This document shows positions 1 through 9,720 of a DNA stretch of 64,000 nt, piece by piece. The translations under genes were made by a program, and so were the position numbers. A model generated the notes under the pieces. It was not told the DNA's origin and ran no database searches. It was given only the letters and a program-made list of their open reading frames with translations. Each line of letters begins with the position of its first letter. Position 1 is the stretch's first letter. Source of the DNA: Podarcis gaigeae (lineage: Eukaryota); the NCBI GenBank assembly GCA_964106915.2, contig OZ066920.1. One strand, 5' to 3'.

Positions 1-34
1 AAACGAATTAAGTACTTAACCTCAGGTACCACTG
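1..34 (-). mobile_element. End of a Tc1/mariner(pogo)-type MITE, truncated by the window edge
   Basis: aattaagtacttaacctcaggtaccactg followed by TA; same terminus as the 7585-7826 copy. Confidence 0.75.
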
Positions 35-399
35 TATAGGACTTCTGCCATGTCTCCCATTGATGGCTAAAGTATTTCTATTATAGTGTTATACGATACT
101 ATATAACAGGTGAAATCCCTAATAGGTATGGTGCAGAGAAACCACACTTGCACATCATGTTCTGCATCTTTAAGCAAAAAGCATGTGGAGATTCCTACAG
201 TATGTAGGATGCACTAGACATCAGATTCTGCACATGCTCAACACATTTTGTCATTTACTTGCAAGGGCACAGAGCACAGCCCTGATACATCAAAATAACA
301 AACTGTCAGATCCGTATTTAATACGCTATACAGAAACGTTTACAAACATAAATGATTCAACCCCTTAATGCATTTGGTGAATTGAAAAAATTGATTTAC

Positions 400-474
400 C
401 CCATCAATTGGCGACTTCCCTGGGGTAAAAACCACTCTAACAAAGCGCTTGTTCACCACTTCTAGCTTGTCCAC
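400..474 (-). CDS. AFG3L2: AFG3L2 coding exon 6 (gene continues beyond the window)
   Basis: 75 nt, [25 protein letters not shown]; canonical AG/GT flanks. Confidence 0.97.
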
Positions 475-1632
475 CTGTGAAAGCACAAAATACATTTCAG
501 ACAGTAACTTTTTCCTCTTGGGAGAAGCCAAAGATTGAACCACAGACCTTCTGCATGTAAAGCATCGTCTCTGCCCCTGAGCTAGAGACCTTCCCTTATG
601 CTGTATGAACCTGACCCTGTGAGATGTGAGTGTACTGAAACTGCGGAGGACTGTTTCAAAATCAAAACCATCCAAAATCTGCTTTTAAAAGTCTGGCCCA
701 ATACATTATAAGTTCAAAATCTTTCTTCCAAAAGCAGAGACCCCCAAATATGAAACTGATTCCTTGGCAAGGTACCAATTCTTTGACCCTACCATGAAGC
801 ACAGAAGGTTGCAGGAAGGGCCTTGCCTTCACTTGCACTCAGGGCTTGAATAAAGAAACTATGCTGATTCTGCTGTTCCTTTCCACTTTGTCAAAGCTCC
901 CTGCAAGTGGGACAAAACATTGCTTCTCCTCTGATCCTTCTAGCAAGCATGCAGGGACACAGGGTAAGGTGGAGTGCTGTTTCATATTGCTGCCCAAGGA
1001 CACAACAGGAAATAAGAATGTGTCAGTGGGGTCTTGACTCAGCTTGTGTCAGACACAAAGAAAACAGGAGATCAGCCTGCTGTTGCTTTTCTTATCCAAA
1101 CTATGTGAGTGAGAGTTCTGCCCTCTCTTGCCTCCGTGAGCAAGCAAGTCCTGAGAAAGCAGGTTCTCAAAGTAAATAACCTGTCCATTGAAGAAAATGC
1201 AAACTTATGATCTCTCTTTTAGCCCACTACACTCAACTTATTCTTGAACTCTCTTCAAGAGTTTTAATAGCTGCTTGTTGTGTTTTTTTAGCTTGCTATT
1301 TTTATATTTTAAATTATTTTCCTTGAGTTTTTTGAAGCAAAGGCAGGAAAAGTTTCAAATAAATAATATGCCCTTAAAAAGAGCCGTGGAGCTCAAAATG
1401 TCTTAGACCATTTTCTAACAATATGGCTAACCTCTACTTTTTGCCTTTTGTTTCTGGAATAGAAGTTCTGACCACATGCAGTAATTTTCTTCTTCTTTCT
1501 TTAATACAAATTCATCCTCAGCCTTTCCAGCTTCAATTAAATTATAGCCCACCCTGGTTTACATTCAGTCACAATGGATAACTTATTCTGTGAAATGTAC
1601 ATTTCAGCTGAAGATGCCTCAGTGCTACTTAC

Positions 1633-1785
1633 CACTCCTTTGGAAAGGTAGTTGTTGGCAAAGTCCTTCCATGTTATTTCTCTCCCAGCATTCCTGAAGA
1701 AAACATAGTATGTAGCAAAAGCCCAGAAAATTGCAGTGCCCATGAAATAAAAACGGAACTCTTTGTCATCCCAGGGAAAGTCACC
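1633..1785 (-). CDS. AFG3L2: AFG3L2 coding exon 5 (first transmembrane segment)
   Basis: 153 nt, [51 protein letters not shown]; donor GTG|GTAAGT. Confidence 0.97.
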
Positions 1786-2311
1786 CTAAAGGGGAAGAGG
1801 AAGAAGGAATACTGGATTGAGATTGACTTTTGTATGTGAAAATGGTGGGTTTTCTGATCTGCTGTCACAAAAGCAGCCCTATGTAAGCACCAATTTGTAA
1901 AAGATTTTTTTTACAGAAGATTTATTCATAAAAACATGAAAAAGTGTCTGGAATTACAGCCATGCCTTCATTCCCACCTACAAACCCTTTTCTACTAACT
2001 TGGTGGAGAGGCAGATTCACATATGAAATGTGCTGAGCTTTTCTGAGGTGAATGGGAATGCTTCCTTTGCAAAAGCTTACAAAATCTACTGCACTGCATA
2101 CTGGGCCACTATAAATCTTAGATTCATATAGTCTTTCAGAGAAATTTAAGAAACACGTAAGTAACTGAGTTTAAAAAACCATAAGTCAACAGCATCCCCA
2201 TGGTGAAAATAATCTGAATAACATTTAGAGAAGTAATAATATTTTACAGAACTGCAAAACACAATAAAGCAGGTTGATAAAAGCAGTGTCACAAAAAATA
2301 TGAATTGGGAC

Positions 2312-2475
2312 CTTTTGCATTCTGGACCACCAGTTAGTATCTTCTTTCTTGCCACCTTTTTTCCCTCCTCCTCCACTGCTTCCTCCTCCTCCTCCTCCTC
2401 CTCCTCCTCCTCCTCCTCCTCCTCCTCCTCCACTGTTGGTTCTGGAAGGGCGCTGGGTGTTGGCTTGCTTTGCAT
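2312..2475 (-). CDS. AFG3L2: AFG3L2 coding exon 4 with polyglycine tract
   Basis: 164 nt, DAKQANTQRPSRTNS(G)17SSGGGGKKGGKKEDTNWWSRMQK, matching human ...[21 protein letters not shown]. Acceptor tttttttgtag, donor AAG|GTCCCA. Confidence 0.92.
2381..2431. repeat. (TCC)17 coding microsatellite, (GGA)17 on the AFG3L2 strand
   Basis: 51 nt of uninterrupted TCC. Confidence 0.97.
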
Positions 2476-3692
2476 CTACAAAAAAAGTTCACACGCATGT
2501 TTCTACAAAAAATAGAAAGCAAGCAAGCCTATGTCCCTGTAGTTCTTTTTTTTGTTACTTCTGTAATCTTTACACAACACTGATTCTTACAAGATTAACA
2601 GCTAGATTAGATGTTACAACACACACCCGGCTGTCTACAAAAATAGCGTTCACTCATCTAATCCCAACCTTTACTCCGTACCATGGAACAGATCTTACTT
2701 TATGCTGTGACAGCAAAACGTTCTGCGCCTCCCCACCCTGTATCACTGACTGCTGATGGCATGGTGCAGGGAACACAGAACATCATGATGTCACAGCATA
2801 GCAAAGCTCTACCAGAAAGCATCAGGGGGTTGGGTGGGCCTAAATGTGTGCAAGCTGTTTACAACAGAAGTCACATATTTAATGTGCAATTTGTTTTTAA
2901 CACTCAGAATCTGGACTAAGTTACAGAGATGTTACAAAGACTACTTATATCATGTAAATGATGTCCTTTGAGGATTCAGTAAAGGCAGTATATAAAGATT
3001 ATTATGATGCATCACGCCAGGCCATGTGTTTAGGTGGGGAACAGTAATGATTATGTAAGAACTCACAACACAGTGAGAGCCTATTAGGGAGAAAACCTGG
3101 TGTAAACTGGTTATTGTTGGGGTGTCTCAAACAACGTATCATGGTACATCCAGATAATGCTTTTTGATTAGATAGAATCCAGTTTTTAGTGGAACGATAG
3201 TGCAAGCTCAGTTTTCCCAATCCATTTCCAGCTTTCAGCTCCCTTCTTTATTATGTTTAAATACAGTACCCATGTCACTGTAGCTTTGGCCCTCTTTCTT
3301 AACTGATACAAAGTACTCAATTCTTTAACAAACATTAAAAGGCACACAAACCAGGGATATAAACAGGCCCAGTTAATGTAGATCGTTAATCAAAATGCTC
3401 AAGGAAAAAATAACACCACCACAAACATCTAACAGAGAATTCAGAAATTGAATATTGTGATGCTGGAGCAGAAACATATCAATTCTACAATGTGAAGACC
3501 TGGCACATAAAATGTGACAACAGAAGTCACAAGACAGAAGTAAACTGTAGGAAATAGTGACCACTTTCATGGCCATTGTCAAAACTAGGACACAGCAACA
3601 TGGGGCTTGTATATAAGAGCAGTCAAAATTAATAATAACCAAAGTGACATTTATTCTACATATGAGCCTCAAGTGAAAAAGCAGACTGGTAC

Positions 3693-3761
3693 CTTTAGCT
3701 TCTCCTTCTGAGCCCTTTGTTTCATTAGGTTTCTTTTCATCAGGGAAATATTTTTCAAAAC
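3693..3761 (-). CDS. AFG3L2: AFG3L2 coding exon 3
   Basis: 69 nt, GFEKYFPDEKKPNETKGSEGEAK; contains the conserved GFEKYFP motif; AG/GT flanks, phase 1-1. Confidence 0.95.
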
Positions 3762-4209
3762 CTAATAAGGAAAAAAGCAGCAATAAAAATTGAGTATATT
3801 ATATTATGCTTGAGGCAGTCAAGTCTCATCAAAAATAGCCTCACCATGTGTTTCAGGGAACAGGAAAAGAGGTGGAAATGTGAGTTTCACATATCTGATA
3901 AAGCTAAACAGGAGGGTGGGTGGGTAAAGGAGGAGATAAAAGCATGTGTGTCATTTAAAAATATTTCTGATAAAGAATAGTAACTGCCCAAGTGCCTATC
4001 AAAAGTGCCTACCCTCTAGTTTCTAGAAGAACTACATTGCTGAAACAAGAAAAAGGTAGGAAAGTGGAAAACTGGAAGCAGACTTTTTTGTGGAGAGAAA
4101 GGAGGACTATTCTGAGAGCTCAGTCAGCCCTTGGACTGAAACAGGTGAGTCACAGAACATATGTAGCTTGAGATAGGGACAAAGAAAGAATAATATTCCT
4201 GTCCAGCTT

Positions 4210-4775
4210 CAGGCCTGGGTTTAGCTTGAAAAACACCTTGACTGGCCTTGGTGGTTGACTTAGACTGGGGATGGAACTGAGCACAATCCTACTGGCTGTC
4301 CTGGATCTCTTAGTGGCTTTCAACACCATCAATCAACACTATCCTTCTGAGCTACTTGACTGGGTTGGACTTGGAAGGCAGAGTGTTCTGCTGGCTCTGG
4401 TGCCTCCTGGATAGCTGATTCCAGATGGTTGTGATGAGGGGACCTTCTGTTTTACCCCTTGAGTTTTGGCTTTGTTTTGTGTTCTGTCTCCCATGCTTTT
4501 CAACATCTGCATGAAACTGCTGGGAGAAGTCATTCAAAGGTCTCAGCTGCCATATGCGGATGACTTTAGCTCTACCCCTTGTTTCCATCTACTCATCTCA
4601 GGGAGGCTGTGGGACTCCTGAACTAAATGGTTTGTGATTAGGTTACTTGAAAGACTGTCTACGTATGTATCAATCTGTCAGGAACCCATACTCATGTACC
4701 CACCAGTGTGATCATTTAGGTTGGTGGGCATGAAGGAAAGGCCCTTCTCAGTGATGGTCCAAGATTGTGCAACAA
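4210..4775 (+). mobile_element. Decayed L2-clade LINE reverse-transcriptase fragment
   Basis: Frameshifted RT motifs: LDLLVAFNTIN (compare LDLSAAFDTID), VLSPMLFNI, and YADD (TATGCGGATGAC, 4553-4564). Boundaries approximate. Confidence 0.7.
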
Positions 4776-5155
4776 TACGAGAGGGGAGTTTTGTGGGAGA
4801 TTGCTCTCTGACTGCACATTATGCTGGAAAGACCGCAGGACAGCTGTGCTTAACTTCTAAAGAGTAAAGTGCTAGGGCTCAGGCCACATCTTTCATTCTG
4901 AGTGAGGAAGCAATGCAATTAAGGTGTAATTGTTCTGCAGCAAGGCAATAGGTCTCTGCACATTCTCAGAACTATGCTCCTTGAAACATTCTAGTGCAGC
5001 TCTGGTATTGGGGAAAAAAAACATGTTTATTTCTATGCTGCTTCCCATAAAATTGTGCCTAAGCAGTTTTAAACATATAAGATGAATAAGCATAGTAGTC
5101 AATAATATAATAATAATAAGCTACACAATATTATTATTTTACAGCAAAAAATTAC

Positions 5156-5255
5156 CTTTTGGCGGTTGGGAGAAGAGCTTCCTGTAAACAGCAATTACAC
5201 TTGCAAGGACATTGCTTCTGTTTGTAGGAACTTGTGTGGCCACATGGTCATGAAG
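5156..5255 (-). CDS. AFG3L2: AFG3L2 coding exon 2
   Basis: 100 nt, ttttttcag acceptor, AAG|GTAATT donor. Encodes LHDHVATQVPTNRSNVLASVIAVYRKLFSQPPK(G), homologous to human ...AAYQRFCSRPPKG. Confidence 0.92.
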
Positions 5256-5402
5256 CTGAAAAAATGAGAATTGTCACTAAAAAACAAAGACAGATCCTCA
5301 GCATCTTTTCAGCACAATCCTATGCATGCTTAATTGCAAATAAATCCCAGAGATTTCAATGGGGCTTACTTTCTAGTAAGCATGCACACAATTGCTGCCT
5401 TA

Positions 5403-5774
5403 GGCTGCAACCCAAACCCTAGCTGGAGAGCAGTGGGACCACCAAGGTATCCACAGCCCAGTTGCTCATGCTAGCCCAGAAAGGGGAGATGGCAGGCAAA
5501 CAGCTGCCCAAGCCTGGAGCTGTGCCAGAGATCAGGCCCATAATGGGACTAATAGTGTTATGTGACTGCTGCAGGACCAGCTTGGGATCCACTGGATCCC
5601 AGGCTGACACAGACCTTCCCTGACCCCAGAACACACGGTTTCAGGGCTATCTGTCTGCATGTTTGTGCCAGTGGATACAAACTGACATGGGTACAGGGCT
5701 GGCAGGGCTGGACACAGCACCATCTCTGCCCAATATAAACACCCTTTCTGGAAAAGGGTGTTTTAATTGCAGCC
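5403..5774. mobile_element. Harbinger-like MITE
   Basis: Terminal inverted ggctgcaa...ttgcagcc flanked by TTA on both sides. Confidence 0.5.
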
Positions 5775-6325
5775 TTAGACTACATTCATACATGCGAGTA
5801 GGTTCCACTTGAAGGCCTGTTTTTGCAATATGAAATAATGGTTATTCATTTAAAAGCAGCCACTCTCCCAGTTTCACAAATATCCTGGCACTTTTTTTTA
5901 CATCATCGGAGGTTCTCCTGCACCACCCCTGATGTAAAAGATGTCCTTTGGTTTCATTTCTCAATGGGTACTCTGGATAGGTACCTCTGGAATGTTGCCT
6001 GGGGATGAAATATCACAAAATAACAGGGTAAGGGGGATAAGCAAAGAGAGTGAAAGTTCCCTCCACAGTGTGAGTAAAAGCAGTTTACTCCATCATTCAT
6101 CCTCTTACTTTTCCAAATGAGATGCTGAAGCAAGTTTACAAAGAACAGATAAAAGCAACTCTCAACTCACCTGAGCAAGAAACTAGCTCACATATCACTT
6201 CTGTTATAAATTTAGCAGGTGACGTTAAATAAACCACTGTCTCTCAAACTCACACTTTGCCCTCAACCCAATATACAACAGGGGGATAATGATGATATGC
6301 TTTACAGGGTTGCTGAAAGATAATA

Positions 6326-6567
6326 CAGTGGTACCTCGGGTTAAGTACTTAATTCATTCCGGAGGTCCGTTCTTAACGTGAAACTGTTATTAACCTGAAG
6401 CACCACTTTAGCTAATGGGGCCTCCCACTGCTGGCGCGCCACCGGAGCATGATTTCTGTTCTCATCCTGAAGCAAAGTTCTTAACCTGAAGCACGATTTC
6501 TGGGTTAGCAGAGATTGTAATCTGAAGTGTATGTAACCTGAAGCGTATGTAACCCGAGGTACCACTG
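6326..6567 (+). mobile_element. 242-bp Tc1/mariner(pogo)-type MITE
   Basis: Perfect 18-bp TIR cagtggtacctcgggtta; TA target duplication on both sides. Confidence 0.9.
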
Positions 6568-6778
6568 TAATTATAAAATTACAAGAGAGTGTACAGGAAG
6601 CTCTTTGAACACTCAAAAGCACTATACAAATCCTTTTGCATACAAGAAGCGCAGTTCAGTGGTAGAACCCATTTTCTTCATCTGTAAAAAGTTCCAGATT
6701 CACTCTCTGACATCTCCAGGCAAGACCGGTCAAAATTTGCTTTTTTAAAAAATATTTCTCAAAACCGTCAAGAACCTC

Positions 6779-6812
6779 TGTCAGTCAGTCAGTCAGTCAG
6801 TCAGTCAGTCAG
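6779..6812. repeat. (GTCA)n microsatellite
   Basis: About 8 tandem units in AFG3L2 intron 1. Confidence 0.9.
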
Positions 6813-6959
6813 CGAAGCCCATTGTGATCTTGTTGTGACTCGGTAAAAAGCAAAACCCGCATATGCCTATACCGAGTATCCTTGATTCAGGCTAGCAAAG
6901 GTGAGATGCTAAGCATTTCTCACCGTCACCATTACGGTGCTGAAACAGCCACGACACAA

Positions 6960-7560
6960 GTCGGTTCTCTCTTTTAACCTTCGGGGGGATAAGAAACGTC
7001 AGCTGCCAAGTGACTCCACGGGGACGGGACTCCCTCGTGGCGGCGGTGGCGGTTCCGGACCACCTCCGGCAGGCGCTGCCAGGAAGGGCGGCGGTGCCCG
7101 GCAGGCGCACCCCATTCCCCTTGCGCCCTGCCCTTGCCTGACACGCACGTGACTCACCAATCTCAGGTAGCGCGAAGGCGCGGCGGGGCCTCGGCCCCAA
7201 AGCAGCCGCTGGGCGGCCCCGGAGATCCCGCCGGGGGAACGCCGGCAGCAGCCCCGCGACAGCCACAGGCAGCGGTGAGCCATAGTCGCCGAAACAGGTC
7301 CGGCGGCCCCAAAGCACCGCTCTCTTCACTCACTCAGTTACACAAACAGGCGAGCGGGTGGTTGGGGGACCTTGGCCACGCCCCCGGCGCCGCGCGTGAC
7401 GCCATCACGGCGCCCCATGACCCCTCCTGCGCGTGCGCGCAGCCTTCACCATGCTCCGCCTTTTTTCGTAAGCCCCGCCTCTTTTGGAGGTGTTGCGCGT
7501 GTTGCTCTCCGCCAGCCTGGTGCAAGAACGAGACGACCCTGTTGAAGACTTGCATGCTAC
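6960..7560. promoter_or_regulatory. CpG island / AFG3L2 promoter
   Basis: High GC and CpG density around exon 1; SP/KLF-like GCCACGCCCCC near 7375-7385; NRF1-like TGCGCGTGCGCG at 7428-7439. Boundaries approximate. Confidence 0.75.
7158..7283 (-). CDS. AFG3L2: AFG3L2 (mitochondrial m-AAA protease subunit) coding exon 1, N-terminal presequence
   Basis: Translates MAHRCLWLSRGCCRRSPGGISGAAQRLLWGRGPAAPSRYLRL (human begins MAHRCLRLWGRG). Arg-rich with no acidic residues, like a presequence. Donor TTG|GTGAGT at 7157; lies in a CpG island; phase 0. Confidence 0.93.
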
Positions 7561-7584
7561 CTAAAAGACGACTCCTGCTTGGTA

Positions 7585-7826
7585 CAGTGGTACCTCGGGT
7601 TACATACGCTTCAGGTTACATACGCTTCAGGTTACAGACTCCCCTAACCCAGAAATAGGGCTTCAGGTTAAGAACTTTGCTTCAGGATAAGAACAGAAAT
7701 CGTGATCTGGCGGCGCGGCAGCAGCGGGAGGCCCCATTAGCTAAAGTGGTGCTTCAGGATAAGAACAGTTTCAGGTTAAGAACGGACCTCCGGGACTAAT
7801 TAAGTACTTAACCCGAGGTACCACTG
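7585..7826 (-). mobile_element. 242-bp MITE, same family, opposite orientation
   Basis: Same TIR and TA TSD; the body is the reverse complement of 6326-6567 with scattered substitutions. Confidence 0.9.
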
Positions 7827-8849
7827 TATTTGGTCTACAAGTTTTGCCTGCTGAGGCAGGTTGGCACCATCAGGAGTCCGTGAGCGCCGAAATCACATGG
7901 CGTCTAGGTCGCTTACGTAGGCTCCGACGGCATTAGTTAGTTACATATATGTGGAAGGGGAAAGAGTGATGCCTTTGAATTTTATTTGCAAGGTCAGTCG
8001 GATGGAGACACGTGGCTCTGGTATAACCTTGACCCAGGAAAGTGGAAGAGTTCACCAATGAAAGGTGCCGGAAGCTGCAATTATCTGAAGTATTTTAATC
8101 CTTTTTGATTTTAAATTGTCCCAATCCCACGGTCGCTGCCCACTGATTTCGGATTGCATCTCTCATGACATTATCCGCGCAGAAACTCTGTGAGACAGTT
8201 CGTTGCAAATTGCAAGCCTAAGCACATTTACTGGGTAGTAGAAACTGAACACAGTTACATAAAGTTACGTAATCCTATGTTCGGTATTTTCGAGGACTCT
8301 GTTTCGATTACTGTCAAGTAGTTGGGCTTAAATCGCATAGAATACAGTAACATTTTCTCCCCAATTATGTATGTGTAAGAACTGACATCGGTAGATGTTA
8401 ACTCTGATAATCCAGAGGCGAGTCCCCGCCCCCCCCGCTCTGCTATGTATTCTAGCGATGGCCCTAGAAATCAAGGCCAGTCATGAAACCAGTTTGCTTA
8501 ATTTTCTCTAATGTAACATGTCTGCCTTAAGTCAACTTGAATTTATTTTTGTTGTAAGAATGATTTTACAATGCGTTTGCAAGCGGCTTTGTACAATCTC
8601 ATGTATATACAATGAAAATCATTCATTCTAAGTATGCGTGCATAAGACCGAACCTTTCCCCCTTTAATAAATACGCGCTGCAGAAAACGTGGAAGATTTT
8701 ATTCCGTGAAAATGTGTGACCTGACTTAATTCGCACCCTAAACCCAGTGAGACTGAAGTCAGTAAGAGTCAGAGGCGACACAAGATGCCACTCTTCTGCT
8801 TTCTGTTCGGGCAAAAATCAAAACACACCCTATGCCAAGGGCAGCCTAA

Positions 8850-9720
8850 GAATCCCACGCTCGGCTCACGCCTGATGCAGCCGGCGCAGAGGCGCTTCGG
8901 ATCTGCAAACCCGCGAGGCAAAGCGAGTAGATCCACCGAGGAGTCACGCAATTGGCAAGAAACGGCGCGTTTCCAGAGCCGAAGCCCTGACGTCACTGGC
9001 GAGGAATGTGAGCTGGGCGTCCCCTGTTCAAGGTCTTCACACGGACTCGACGCGTCCTTTCCCCGGGCATCGAAGGGTGCAGGGAGGCGGGAGCGAGCGG
9101 GTGTCTTTCCAGCGGACAGGAGCGGCGATTGGCTGGCGCGGGGAAGAAGGGCGGGTGGGAGGCGGCTGACGTCATCGCCCATCCTTCTCCGGGGAAAAGC
9201 ACCGCCCTTTCCTTTGGGCAGAGAAGCCGGTTCTTTCCATTGAGCCGCCATTAACGCCGCTGCTTTTACAGATAGGATGAAGATCTGGAGCTCGGAGCAC
9301 GAGTTTGGGTAAGGCGAGGACGGGAGTGGTGCGCGTTCCGTCCTTGACAGCAGCAGTCCGCGCTGGCGGAGGGACAGAAAAACCGCTGGTTCTTCCGAGC
9401 TCAGTGTTGCCTACACTGGCTGGCAGCGGCTCTCCAGGGGTCTCTCTCCGTCCCATCGGGAGATGCTGGGGGTTGAGCCTGTGCAAAGGAGCTGCTTTGG
9501 ACAGTGAGCTACAGCCCTTCTCTAGCTGAGCTATGGAGCTTCCTATGGAAGGGAAAACGAATAAAATGCCCTTCTTCCCTTCTTCGTTTCCGCTTGGTAT
9601 ACAACTCGTGCTTTTTGGTCACCGGGCGAGGACGTCGGTAACATCCTGTCCCGGCGCGCTTGCTCCCTCACCAAGGGCTTTAAAGGCTTCAACATGATCT
9701 GTCGTGGGTTTGCGCTTGCT
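8850..9720. promoter_or_regulatory. CpG island / PRELID3A promoter
   Basis: Two perfect CRE palindromes TGACGTCA (8988-8995, 9167-9174); inverted CCAAT boxes (ATTGG at 8951 and 9128); GC box GGGCGG near 9149; YY1-like GCCGCCATT at 9244-9252. Boundaries approximate. Confidence 0.75.
9277..9308 (+). CDS. PRELID3A: PRELID3A (SLMO1) coding exon 1
   Basis: ATG AAG ATC TGG AGC TCG GAG CAC GAG TTT GG = MKIWSSEHEF(G); donor GG|GTAAGG; in a CpG island. Confidence 0.95.

Noticed and set aside
2146-2756. ORFs with poly-E, poly-S, poly-R and poly-P runs
   Set aside because: They are alternative frames and strands of the (GGA)17 repeat; the real frame is poly-Gly in AFG3L2 exon 4.
6171-6200. Perfect CAG|GTGAGT donor on the - strand in AFG3L2 intron 1, suggesting a hidden exon
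   Set aside because: The nearest acceptor has a poor pyrimidine tract and an immediate in-frame stop; exons 1 and 2 already join in frame.
6892-7658. Several long overlapping ORFs (145 aa, 174 aa and others)
   Set aside because: Stop-poor, GC-rich CpG-island DNA running into a MITE; only 7158-7283 on the - strand has homology support.
8769-9529. 150-160 aa ORFs on both strands
   Set aside because: CpG-island artefacts with no recognisable domain; the true coding part is 9277-9308.
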